A program made the translations under genes and the position numbers. A stretch of DNA of 45,452 bases from Acidobacteriota bacterium (lineage in GTDB: Bacteria > Acidobacteriota > Blastocatellia > HR10 > JACQTD01). The stretch is from contig JACQTD010000111.1 in the NCBI GenBank assembly GCA_016210985.1, positions 1 to 45,452 of the forward strand, read 5' to 3'. The notes under the pieces are model-generated. The model made no database searches. It worked only from the letters and a program-made list of their open reading frames with translations, and was not told the DNA's origin. This document shows, piece by piece, positions 16,806-26,047 of this stretch (position 1 is the stretch's first letter; each line of letters opens with the position of its first letter).

Positions 16806-17474
16806 ATGATCGTGAACTTTTCAACATTTCTTCGGCTCCTAGGCCGGCACTGGTGGTTGATGATTCTGACTCCGGGCCTTGTGTTCGGCGCAACCGCCTA
16901 CTTCACGCACAAGCAGAGGCCCACGTATCGAGCGGTGGCCACGGTCATCGTCGGCCCGAATGAAAAACTGGCCCGGGTGGATGAAATCGCGGGGAGCTTG
17001 AATACGCTCGATCGGCGGAGCGTTGTCGCAACCTATGCAAGAATCCCATCCAGCCGCACGGTGCGCGAGCGCGCGCGCGAGGACCTGGGGCTGCAGCGTC
17101 ATGAAATCAGCCCCTACGATGTCAGGACGACGATTGTACCGGACACCAACGTCGTGGAGATTTCAGTCGAAGGTCCCGACGCTCGTTTGGCCACGGCAGT
17201 CGCCAACGCGGTCGTGGAACAAGCCAAAGATTATGTCCAGGAATTCTATGGCATCTTCGGACTGAAGCTGCTCGATCGAGCCAGTCAGCCTTCGCGGCCG
17301 GTGAGGCCTGTGATGTCGCGAAATCTCAGCGTAGGAGCCGTCTTTGGCTTGCTCATGGGGGTGTCACTCACGCTGCTGTATGACTACATCCGGCGCGCAC
17401 GCTCCATCACGGCCGAGTCGGCTGTGCCCGAACCGGCAACGGAACCCGAGGTCGAATCGGAATGGACGGCGTAG
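16806..17474 (+). CDS. wzz: Wzz/GumC-like chain-length determinant (short PCP, no kinase domain)
   Basis: The ATG at 16806 follows GGAGG. It has an N-terminal TM, a periplasmic domain (TYRAVATVIVGP...TNVVEISVEGPDARLA) and a C-terminal TM (VGAVFGLLMGVSLTLLYDY). Confidence 0.7.
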   Translation: MIVNFSTFLRLLGRHWWLMILTPGLVFGATAYFTHKQRPTYRAVATVIVGPNEKLARVDEIAGSLNTLDRRSVVATYARIPSSRTVRERAREDLGLQRHEISPYDVRTTIVPDTNVVEISVEGPDARLATAVANAVVEQAKDYVQEFYGIFGLKLLDRASQPSRPVRPVMSRNLSVGAVFGLLMGVSLTLLYDYIRRARSITAESAVPEPATEPEVESEWTA

Positions 17475-17547
17475 CCTGGAGACTTGCAGGCTCGGAGATC
17501 CGGCATCACGGGTTCGGAGGCCCGAACTCGAAACGGGAGCGAGTATC

Positions 17548-19077
17548 GTGGAAAGAGCGTTGAAGAACGCCGCGCAGCCATCTCTCGCCGCCCCTCGATC
17601 GCCGGAATTCTCCGAATTCATGCTTATCGCTTTGGCGGCCAGTTTCCTGGCGCTGGGAGGTGGCTACTATCTCAGCCTGAACCCCACCTGGTTACACCTC
17701 GACTTCCAGCCCTCCCAGGCTATCCACTGGGCGGGATTCCTGATTGGGGCGGCTGGGATGTTCGTGATTCTGATACGACCCGAACTTGGGCTCCTCGCCA
17801 TGGTAGCGGCCGTCTATACGAACGTGTCGGAGGTTGGGGTCCGGTATCACCATCTGCCATCGGTTCTTCAGTTCATCGTGGTGCTGGTGACGCTCGCCTT
17901 GTTGGTACGTCACTTGACTTCGAACCATTCGCGATTCGTCTGGGACTCGTCAGGCGGTCTGCTGATCCTGTTGGGGGGGGCAATCTTCTGCTCTTCCCTG
18001 AGCGCCGTCAGTCCCCAATTGACCGATGCAGCCTCGGTCGAACACCTGAAGAGCTTGTGGCTCTTTCTGATTGTGGTCAATCTGGTGACTTCGAAGGTTG
18101 TGCTCCACCGGACAGTTTGGGTCTTAGTGCTGTCGGGCGCCTTCCTGGGCACGATCAGTGTCTATCAAGTCTTCACATCGGCTTATGGGTTCGAGTTCGC
18201 AGGATTCGGTCAGATCAAACTGGCCCACATCGTCGGAGGTAAGCGACAGCCTCGGATCTCGGGGCCCTTGAGCGACCCGAACTTCTATGCCCAGATCCTG
18301 GTGCCCTTGGTGCCGCTCGCGCTCTTTAGACTATGGGATGAGTCAAAACTCCACCTGAAGGTCATCGCCGCGTACGCGCTAAGCGTCACCCTGCTGGCGG
18401 TGGTTTTTACTTACTCTCGAGGGGGTGGTCTGGCGCTCGCACTGGTGTTGTTGCTCGCGGCGATCACCAAAAAGGTGAAGCTGCGATATCTGCTGGTCAG
18501 TCTCAGCATCATCATCCCTCTCCTGCTCGTGGTTCCCGAAGAATTCGAAGTGCGGTTGGGCACGCTGAATCAGCTTGTTCCCGGAGAGGGCGCGCCGAGC
18601 TCCGCCTCGGACACTTCGTTCCAGGAGCGAATCCTGCTCACGCGGACGGCGTGGGAGATGTTTTCTGATCAGCCCCTACTCGGGGTCGGGGCGGGGAATT
18701 ACTCGGAGCATTATGAAGAATACTCCCAGCGTGTGGGTTCGACGATCAGCAGCTACAAAGATTTCGGCGCCCGACGCTTCCCTCATAGTCTCTACCTAGA
18801 AATCGCTGCTGAAATGGGATTGATTGGATTGATCCTATTCGGCGTAATCGTCGCGTTGGTTCTCTCGAAGGCGCTGGATGCGGTCCGCTGGTTCCGGGTC
18901 ACTCGCGATCCCCATTCCGCCGGTATGGTTTATTCACTTTTGCTCGGATTCATCGGCTACCTGACGACGAGCTTATTCCTTCATGGTCATTACCTTCGCT
19001 ACCTCTGGTTACTCGTCGCCCTCGTCGCGGCGGCGTGGCACATTGCGCGGCAGCAGATGGAGAACCATGATTCCTGA
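17548..19077 (+). CDS. O-antigen ligase / Wzy-like polymerase family membrane protein
   Basis: It is polytopic, with a Wzy_C-like block (FTYSRGGGLALALVLLLAAI). The start is uncertain: GTG 17548 with GGGAG upstream, or ATG 17620. Confidence 0.75.
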   Translation: MERALKNAAQPSLAAPRSPEFSEFMLIALAASFLALGGGYYLSLNPTWLHLDFQPSQAIHWAGFLIGAAGMFVILIRPELGLLAMVAAVYTNVSEVGVRYHHLPSVLQFIVVLVTLALLVRHLTSNHSRFVWDSSGGLLILLGGAIFCSSLSAVSPQLTDAASVEHLKSLWLFLIVVNLVTSKVVLHRTVWVLVLSGAFLGTISVYQVFTSAYGFEFAGFGQIKLAHIVGGKRQPRISGPLSDPNFYAQILVPLVPLALFRLWDESKLHLKVIAAYALSVTLLAVVFTYSRGGGLALALVLLLAAITKKVKLRYLLVSLSIIIPLLLVVPEEFEVRLGTLNQLVPGEGAPSSASDTSFQERILLTRTAWEMFSDQPLLGVGAGNYSEHYEEYSQRVGSTISSYKDFGARRFPHSLYLEIAAEMGLIGLILFGVIVALVLSKALDAVRWFRVTRDPHSAGMVYSLLLGFIGYLTTSLFLHGHYLRYLWLLVALVAAAWHIARQQMENHDS

Positions 19078-20395
19078 AGTTCACCCGGCCGGAAGGGATC
19101 TTAGACATGCGTCGCCGATCGAAGATCCTGGGCACTTGCAGCCTTCGCCCATGGCCTACATCATGTCTCGTTTTCCGCGTCTGACGGAGACGTTCATCCT
19201 GCGCGAACTGCTCGAGTTGGAGCGACAGGGACAACCGCTGGCGATCTTTCCGCTGCTTCGGGTTCAGCAAGCGGTGCGACACAGAGAAGCCCGCCCGCTG
19301 ATGCCCAAGGTTCTCTACACCTCGTATTTGACCCCCGCCATCTTCTCGGCCAACTTTCACTATTTGAGGCGATCCCCGCGCCGATACCTGGAAACCTTGT
19401 GGATGGTGCTCAAAGGGACCTGGGGATCATCGAATCTGTTCCTCGGTGCGGTCGCGGTCTTCCCCAAATCGGTCTACTTGGCGCGGTTGATCGAGGCGCA
19501 AGGAATCAAGCACGTCCACGCTCATTTTGCAACCCACCCCACCCTGGCGGCGCTCATCATTTCGGAGCTGACAGAGGTTGGATTCAGTTTCACCGCTCAT
19601 GCGCACGACATCTTCGTCCGAACAAAGATCCTCGATAAGAAGATTGAGAAAGCTCGCTTCGTCGTAGCCATCTCGGAATTTAACAAGCAATATCTGTTGC
19701 GGCTGTGTGCCCAGACGCCGGAAGATAAGATCAAGGTCATTCACTGCGGCGTCGAATCGGCGCGATATCTAACGAGGCGCTCGTCGGTGCTCAATAAAGA
19801 GGGTCGTTTCAGGGTTCTTTCCATTGCCAGCCTGCAACCTTACAAAGGAATTGAGTATCTCGTGAAAGCATGTGCGCTGTTACGAGCGGAGGTTCCCGAT
19901 TTCCGCTGTCTCATCATTGGCGAGGGCGAAGATAGGAAGCGCATCCAACGTCTGATCGGCAGGCTCGGTTTGGAGCGGATCGTCCTGCTGTTGGGAGCCC
20001 GGCCGCATCATGAGGTGATACCCCTGCTAGCCGAGGCCGACTTGTTTGTTTTGCCGAGCGTGGTGGCCCCGGATGGCCAAATGGAAGGCATCCCCGTCGC
20101 TTTGATGGAGGCCATGGCTAGCGGACTGCCTGTCGTCGCCACGCGATTATCCGGGATCCCGGAGCTGGTTGACGACGGAGTTTCTGGAGTGCTGGTTCCT
20201 CCTGGAAACGAGCGGGCTTTAGCTGACGCGATCTCTTTCTTATACCACCGGGAGCCTCTGCGCCGGATGTTGGGGCGGAGCGGCCGTGAGAAAGTCGTTG
20301 CCGAGTTCGAGTTGATGGACAATGTGAGGAAATTGCGTTCGCTGTTTTCCGAGGCGCACGACCGGGCATCCGTCACACAGGCGAGAAGCGCGTGA
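19067..20395 (+). CDS. GT4 glycosyltransferase (WcaL-like)
   Basis: The N-terminus MAYIMSRFPRLTETFILRELLELERQG is conserved, so the homology-favoured start is 19151. The C-terminus has an EGIPVALMEAMASGLPVVAT E-x7-E block. Confidence 0.8.
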   Translation: MIPEVHPAGRDLRHASPIEDPGHLQPSPMAYIMSRFPRLTETFILRELLELERQGQPLAIFPLLRVQQAVRHREARPLMPKVLYTSYLTPAIFSANFHYLRRSPRRYLETLWMVLKGTWGSSNLFLGAVAVFPKSVYLARLIEAQGIKHVHAHFATHPTLAALIISELTEVGFSFTAHAHDIFVRTKILDKKIEKARFVVAISEFNKQYLLRLCAQTPEDKIKVIHCGVESARYLTRRSSVLNKEGRFRVLSIASLQPYKGIEYLVKACALLRAEVPDFRCLIIGEGEDRKRIQRLIGRLGLERIVLLLGARPHHEVIPLLAEADLFVLPSVVAPDGQMEGIPVALMEAMASGLPVVATRLSGIPELVDDGVSGVLVPPGNERALADAISFLYHREPLRRMLGRSGREKVVAEFELMDNVRKLRSLFSEAHDRASVTQARSA

Positions 20396-21414
20396 TCGAA
20401 GAACGAATCAAGGAAAGGATGGGTTGCTGCCTCCCCAATCTTCAGGGCGGCGGCCTCGGGGCCGGCGTTCGGTGGAAGCCATTATTGGGCCGTGGACATG
20501 ACTCGAAGATTTATGAGACCACCGTGGCGAACGAGGATGGGAGTGGAGGGCGGCTGATCCTCAAGCTGCACCGGCCAGCTTGGGCCGCGTCACATGAAGC
20601 GGTTCAGCAGGGGGAGCCCTATGCTCGACGAGAGTACGAGTCGCTTTCGTGGCTCTGGCGTGAATTTTCACGACGCTCCGCTCGATTCGCTGTGCCAAAG
20701 CCATTCGATTATTTCCCGGAATGCGCCGGCTTGGTGGTCCAAAAATGCGAGGGCAAGCCGTTGGACCAGTTGCTGCGTTGGGCGCGCCTGCTCAAGACGT
20801 CATCCCAGCGCGAAAAGCTCTATGCGTGCGTGGGGGCGTGCGGGGAGTGGCTTGAATTATTTCATCGGATCACGGCGCGAGCAGGCCCTGCTTCGGAGAC
20901 CTATCAGAGGATCAACCGGGACTTCCACCACGATCTGGAAACGTGCGTCCACCTGGGGCTTGATGCAGGCCTGGCTTCCCAAGTGGCGTACGGGTTCGAG
21001 CAGCGGAAGTCCATCGCCGCCAGCGGCGATTCTCAAAGGGTCGGGTATCACTGTGACTTCGGCCCGCACAATGTGCTTGTTTCCGACGAAAAGATTACGG
21101 TCCTGGATTTCGAAGGCTTGCAGGAAGGGATCATCTACGAGGACCTCTGCTATTTCCTGGGCATGATCGAGACGTTCCCGCTTTATCATTTAAGTCACAA
21201 GATCTGTCGAGGCATGAAAGAGAGTTTTTTAAAAGGGTACTCGCGGCGCGGAAATTTGGATTGGGATCAACTTGATCTGTTCATGCCCGTCGCCACCGTC
21301 AAGTTCATGGCGCACAACCCAAGGCTCAAGCCACAAACAGGCTGGCTCGACCAGCGGAGGCGGCAGCAGCGGCTGAGGGTTTACACCAACTGGCTGGCCC
21401 GGAGGGTCCGGTGA
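20392..21414 (+). CDS. APH/choline-kinase-like phosphotransferase (protein-kinase fold), intact paralogue
   Basis: It carries the catalytic loop HCDFGPHNVLV (HxDxxxxN) followed by VLDFEG. The GTGA junction overlaps the previous gene. Confidence 0.7.
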   Translation: MIEERIKERMGCCLPNLQGGGLGAGVRWKPLLGRGHDSKIYETTVANEDGSGGRLILKLHRPAWAASHEAVQQGEPYARREYESLSWLWREFSRRSARFAVPKPFDYFPECAGLVVQKCEGKPLDQLLRWARLLKTSSQREKLYACVGACGEWLELFHRITARAGPASETYQRINRDFHHDLETCVHLGLDAGLASQVAYGFEQRKSIAASGDSQRVGYHCDFGPHNVLVSDEKITVLDFEGLQEGIIYEDLCYFLGMIETFPLYHLSHKICRGMKESFLKGYSRRGNLDWDQLDLFMPVATVKFMAHNPRLKPQTGWLDQRRRQQRLRVYTNWLARRVR

Positions 21415-22895
21415 GGCGGTCCTTCAGCGACGACCAAGCGACGACGCACGATGTGATCGCGCGCGCGGTTCGATCTGCCCTGTGGAGCTATACGTCGGCA
21501 GCCGGGAGCCGGCTGCTGGTTTTCGCCAGCACGGTCATTCTGGCACGACTGTTAATACCCTCGGAGTTCGGGCAGGTTGGATTCGCGCTGCTCGTCATCA
21601 GCTATCTGGATACGATCAGTGATTTGGGAGTCACGGCCGCACTGATATACGAGCGGAAGCGGTCCGATGAGGCGGCCAACATTGCGTTTATCGTTAGCCT
21701 CACGATGGGGGTATTGTGGCTGGGCCTGGCGAATGTGATGGCGCCGCTGGTGGCCGCATTTTTCAAAGATCCAGCGGTCGAGCCGATATTGCGTGTGATG
21801 GCGTGGGTGTTTGTCATCACAGCCTTGGGGAACACCCATGACGCGCTGCTGCGACGAGAGCTGGCCTTCAAGCAGCGGTTGATTCCGGACTTCTCGCGGG
21901 CGTTGCTCAAAGGGCTTTGTTCCATTCTTTTATCGCTGTTTGGTTGCGGCGTGTGGAGTTTGGTTTGGGGGCAGTTGATGGGAGCCGTGGCCGCGACGCT
22001 GGCGCTGTGGCTTGTCGTGCCTTGGCGACCTCGGCTGGCCGGTTCGTTGGATATGGCGCGTCGGATGCTCCGATTTGGGGGCCAAATTGTGTCCGTCAAC
22101 GTCTTGGCGGCCGTGGTTCACCATGTTGATTATTTAATTGTCGGACGACTACTGGGAAGCGCTGCGCTGGGGTTCTACAGTATGGCCTATCGCATTCCCG
22201 AATTCTTCATCACGATGGTGATCTGGGCCGTCAGCAGCGTGGCTTTCCCGGCTTACTCGAAACTACAGGAGGATCCTCCGGCGTTGCGGCGAGCGTTTCT
22301 TGCCACGCTGCGGTATCTCTCCCTACTCACCGTGCCAACCGGCGTGGGGCTGGCCATGTTAGGGTCGATGGTCGTTTCCACGCTCTACGGCGAGCAATGG
22401 GCGCCTTCAATTCCCGTGCTGCAAGCCCTCGCGATAGCCGGTTGTCTCCGCTCACTGGGATCGCATGCGGGGGATATTTACAAGGCCACAGGCCGACCGG
22501 ACATTCTCACCAAACTGGCACTTCTGCGCGCCGTGGCGCTGATTCCCGCGCTGGTGTGGGGGGCGGGCTTCGGAATTTTCGGAGTGGCGCTGGCACAACT
22601 GGCGGTGACCGGTGCCAGCACTTTGCTGAGTCTCTGCGTTGCCAGCAGAATCCTATCGATTCCGATACGAAATGTATTGACTGAACTCAAGCCAACCCTG
22701 CTGAGTACGGTAGCCATGGTTTTCGGTTTGCAACTCTTGCAACCCGTGGTCTCGGATTGGCCGAATTTCCTCAAGTTAGTGGTAGCTGTCCTTTCCGGGT
22801 TTGGGATTTATGCGGCCTCAACCTGGTTCATGAGCCGGGATACCCTGCTGCGGGCCCGGACCGCCATTGTTTCGTCATTCAGCAAGGCGATGTGA
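21411..22895 (+). CDS. wzx: Wzx-type polysaccharide flippase (MOP superfamily)
   Basis: It is a 494-aa polytopic protein whose N-terminal region is typical of 'lipopolysaccharide biosynthesis protein' flippases (LLVFASTVILARLLIPSEFGQVGFA...). Confidence 0.8.
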   Translation: MRRSFSDDQATTHDVIARAVRSALWSYTSAAGSRLLVFASTVILARLLIPSEFGQVGFALLVISYLDTISDLGVTAALIYERKRSDEAANIAFIVSLTMGVLWLGLANVMAPLVAAFFKDPAVEPILRVMAWVFVITALGNTHDALLRRELAFKQRLIPDFSRALLKGLCSILLSLFGCGVWSLVWGQLMGAVAATLALWLVVPWRPRLAGSLDMARRMLRFGGQIVSVNVLAAVVHHVDYLIVGRLLGSAALGFYSMAYRIPEFFITMVIWAVSSVAFPAYSKLQEDPPALRRAFLATLRYLSLLTVPTGVGLAMLGSMVVSTLYGEQWAPSIPVLQALAIAGCLRSLGSHAGDIYKATGRPDILTKLALLRAVALIPALVWGAGFGIFGVALAQLAVTGASTLLSLCVASRILSIPIRNVLTELKPTLLSTVAMVFGLQLLQPVVSDWPNFLKLVVAVLSGFGIYAASTWFMSRDTLLRARTAIVSSFSKAM

Positions 22896-22969
22896 GTTTT
22901 TGGTGCCGGTATCGTGTCGGGTGAAGAGCCGCATCCTATGGAGTACGCAACAGAAAAGTCGAGGCGAGT

Positions 22970-23482
22970 ATGAAAGCGCAAATCATAGCTACGTTGACCG
23001 CGGTAAGTGTTCTCAGCTCCTCAATCTCAGCGGCTTCCGCTCAAGGTGCCGCGGCCATCACCCAGATTCGCGTGAGAGTGGTCACGAGCACTCGGCCGGC
23101 CGCCGGAACTGATGACCCCGTGTATCTTGGTCTTGGCGGACGGGAGTTCAAGCTCGAGGACGGAGATCCAGCGTTTGACGATTACGCTGACGGCAGTGAC
23201 CACAGCTATATTTTTGGTGTGGGAAGTAACGTAGCTCGTGCGACATTGAACGATCCTAGGGATCCTCCGCGGACGACGGATGATCTGCAGGCGTTTCCGG
23301 TGTATATCCGGAAGAGTAGCGATACGGCCGGTGCCACGGTCGCCAATTGGGACGTGGAGGAAGTCATGGTCACGGTCAATCCGGGCCTTAGCCAGAGCAT
23401 TTACTCAGCGCTGGAGGGGCCAGAGCATCTCTGGCTCGGGAACGGCTCCGGCTTGGTCCTGTACCTGAAGCGCAGGCGATGA
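22970..23482 (+). CDS. Secreted PLAT/LH2-like domain protein
   Basis: The signal peptide is MKAQIIATLTAVSVLSSSISAASAQG. IRVRVVTSTRPAAGTDDPVYLGLGG ... NWDVEEVMVTV resembles the PLAT beta-sandwich signature (..T......AGTD..VY..L.G ... W....V.V). Confidence 0.45.
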   Translation: MKAQIIATLTAVSVLSSSISAASAQGAAAITQIRVRVVTSTRPAAGTDDPVYLGLGGREFKLEDGDPAFDDYADGSDHSYIFGVGSNVARATLNDPRDPPRTTDDLQAFPVYIRKSSDTAGATVANWDVEEVMVTVNPGLSQSIYSALEGPEHLWLGNGSGLVLYLKRRR

Positions 23483-23567
23483 GTAACCGGTGCTTGGCGC
23501 CCCGTGACCATGCACTAGGGATCCCGCAAGCCGGACGACGAGGCGCGGATTTCTTCGTTGAAATCGA

Positions 23568-24824
23568 ATGATGGTTGAACTGTCCCAACCCGGAGTGAAT
23601 GTGCGCTATGGCCGACATGATCGCTATGGCATCCCGCTCGATCACCCGGAAGCGCGCCGTTTTTATCTTGATCATCTTTTCGTGCCGCACTCGCGACGTG
23701 AAATGATCTGGGCGGCCGTCGCTCGCGCATCGTCTTCGGCGGGGCGAGTCATCCTAATCCGCGAGCCAGGGCGGGGTTTCCCGCCTGAACTCAACAAGCA
23801 AGAATGCCTGTCGCACGTCGAATTCCTGACCGGCGAACTGGAAAAACATCTCCGTCGGCCGGGGACGCCGGTGTCGGGGCCGCTCTTCGCCCTCACCCTT
23901 GAGGATTACCCGGATTCGGAGCGTCAGCAGAAGGTACTTTTTCTTTTCAGTCCATCATCGTCCATGCCCTGCGCGATCGCGAAGGTTACGGCGCAGAGCC
24001 GTCATGCGGTGACCCTGAAGGCGGAATACCGGACCCTGCAGACGCTCCAGGTAGAGTTGGATCGGGACTTACGCGCCACGATTCCTCGGCCACTCGGTTA
24101 TTTTGAAGCGGGCTCGTTCCCGGTCTTGGCAGAGACATTCCTGCCGGGCCACTCGATCTATTTCGACCTGCGGAATAGCTGGCGTCCGCATCGGTTGGCA
24201 CCCGGGCATTTTCGTCTAGCCCACGACTGGCTTGTCCGATTTCAAAGAGCCATGGAGCCTGAAGGCAGGAGCCTTGACAAGGAGATGATCGGCGAATACG
24301 TGGCTTGTCCCTTAGAGCGATTCCAACGCGCCTTTGAGCTGTCGGCTTCCGAGCGGAATCTCATTGATCAGGTCATGGGCTCGGCCCGTCGACTCCAGGG
24401 CGAGCACCTTTCTATCGTGGCGCATCAAGGGGATTTCTGGGCACGCAATTAGATCCAGAACGATGGGTCGATTGGGGTGACCGATTGGGAGGAGTTCAAG
24501 ACGCGGAGCCCGCCGTTTTCCGATCTCTTTTTGTTCGCGACGAGCTATGGCTTAAGTTTTCCATGGAAGCTGGGGCGGTGGACCGAGCCCGCCGTGGCCT
24601 TTCGTGCGACCTATTTTGCCGTGACCTGGCTGGCTCGACTCGTCCGCGAGTTCTTCCTCACGTATTGCCAGACGATGGAAACAACGCCCCGCCTCTTAGG
24701 AATTTTCTTCCCTGTGTTTTTGGCTGAACAGGCGCTCGAGCAGAGAGGAAAATCAGGCGCTCGAGCCTGGCGAAACTTGTTTCATTTCTACGCTCAACGG
24801 GAAGGACCAGCCTGCTTTGATTGA
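23568..24824 (+). pseudogene. Second APH-like kinase paralogue interrupted by an in-frame TAG at 24450-24452
   Basis: ORFs 23568..24452 and 24477..24824 are in the same frame. The read-through is HQGDFWARN-TAG-IQNDGSIGVTDWEEF, that is HxDxxxxN, then the stop, then the DWE metal-binding motif. The stop sits where the intact paralogue has a hydrophobic residue (NVLV). Confidence 0.65.
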
Positions 24825-26047
24825 CCACTTGGATGAACGCATTAGGCTCACCCAGCAGAGGAACTGGCATGAAGGCTCCGGGTCAAGAATTGCGTGCGCC
24901 GGCGAACGAAACAAAGCTACGGCCGCTGGTCCTGATCAGTAGTCTCGCCACGGGCGGAGCTGAGCGCGTGACCGTTTCGTTCATGTGTCGCCTGCGAGAG
25001 AAACAAATCGGAGCCAGGCTCTGTACGGTAACGGCTCGACACGACGGCCCCCTGGGCGCAGAAGTGTCGGCCCGTGGGGTCACTCGTTATGACCTTGGGG
25101 CGCGACGGCTCGCGGATCCAGTGGCTTTGTTGCGCCTCGTTCAAATGGTCCGCCGCGCTGAAATCAACATCATACACGCCCATGGGCAAGACGCCTCCAT
25201 CCTTGCTGCCGCCGCGCGGTGCTTGTCGCCCGTGAGGGTTGTCATTACGCGCCATGTTCTCGAGGAACCGTCAGGGAACTCACACCAGCGCTGGCGTGCG
25301 CGATTAGCCCTGGCTGCCGCTCGCCGCGCTGATGCGATCGTAGCTGTGTCTTCAGCCGTGGCAGACTGGCTGGCCGGGGTAGCCCGGCTCCCACGGAACG
25401 CAATCCATGTAGTCCCCAATGGGATCCACCTGGAACGATTCGACCGACCCGAACTGATCACGTGTCGAGATGAACTCCGCCGGGCGCTCGGCTTCGGACC
25501 AGAGGATCTTCTTGTCTTAGTACCTGCGGTTCTCCGTGATGGAAAGGGGCATCTTACGGTCATCAAGGCACTGCCCGCGCTCCAATCCCGAGTACCTACG
25601 GTGCGCGTTCTCTTTGCTGGCGGCGGCGAGTGCGAGGGACCACTTCGCCGACAGGCTCAAGCGCACCGCGGTGCGGTTGGGTTCCTGGGCCCTCGGCAAG
25701 ATATACCCGAGTTGTTGGCTGCGAGCGATGTAGTCGTACTGCCTTCGCAGGCTGAGGCTTTGCCCACCGTGCTGATGGAAGCCGCTGCCGCCGGCCGCCC
25801 CGTGGTGGCGACGCGGGTTGGCGGAGTTTCAGAAGTCGTGGAGGATGGGCATACCGGCTTCCTGGTAGCGCCAGACGATGTCCCAGGGCTGGTGGACGCC
25901 GTGGCCGTGCTATTGACCGACCGAGTGCGTGCGCGGACATTCGGCGACAGAGGCCGGTCGGTTGCTTATGCACGCTTTGACCTTGATCTGCAGATTGAGC
26001 GCACGCTGGCGCTCTGGTCGGAAGTGGTGATCGGACCGCAGCCATGA
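24821..26047 (+). CDS. GT4 glycosyltransferase
   Basis: Motifs are SLATGGAERV and EALPTVLMEAAAAGRPVVATRVGG. Start options are TTG 24821 (overlapping the stop), ATG 24833 and ATG 24869 (GAGG upstream). Confidence 0.8.
   Translation: MTTWMNALGSPSRGTGMKAPGQELRAPANETKLRPLVLISSLATGGAERVTVSFMCRLREKQIGARLCTVTARHDGPLGAEVSARGVTRYDLGARRLADPVALLRLVQMVRRAEINIIHAHGQDASILAAAARCLSPVRVVITRHVLEEPSGNSHQRWRARLALAAARRADAIVAVSSAVADWLAGVARLPRNAIHVVPNGIHLERFDRPELITCRDELRRALGFGPEDLLVLVPAVLRDGKGHLTVIKALPALQSRVPTVRVLFAGGGECEGPLRRQAQAHRGAVGFLGPRQDIPELLAASDVVVLPSQAEALPTVLMEAAAAGRPVVATRVGGVSEVVEDGHTGFLVAPDDVPGLVDAVAVLLTDRVRARTFGDRGRSVAYARFDLDLQIERTLALWSEVVIGPQP

Noticed and set aside
24450-24452. The TAG considered as programmed recoding (for example pyrrolysine).
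   Set aside because: There are no pyl genes or recoding signals in the window, and the context fits a simple TTG-to-TAG change. Programmed recoding is less likely than a nonsense mutation or a sequencing error.
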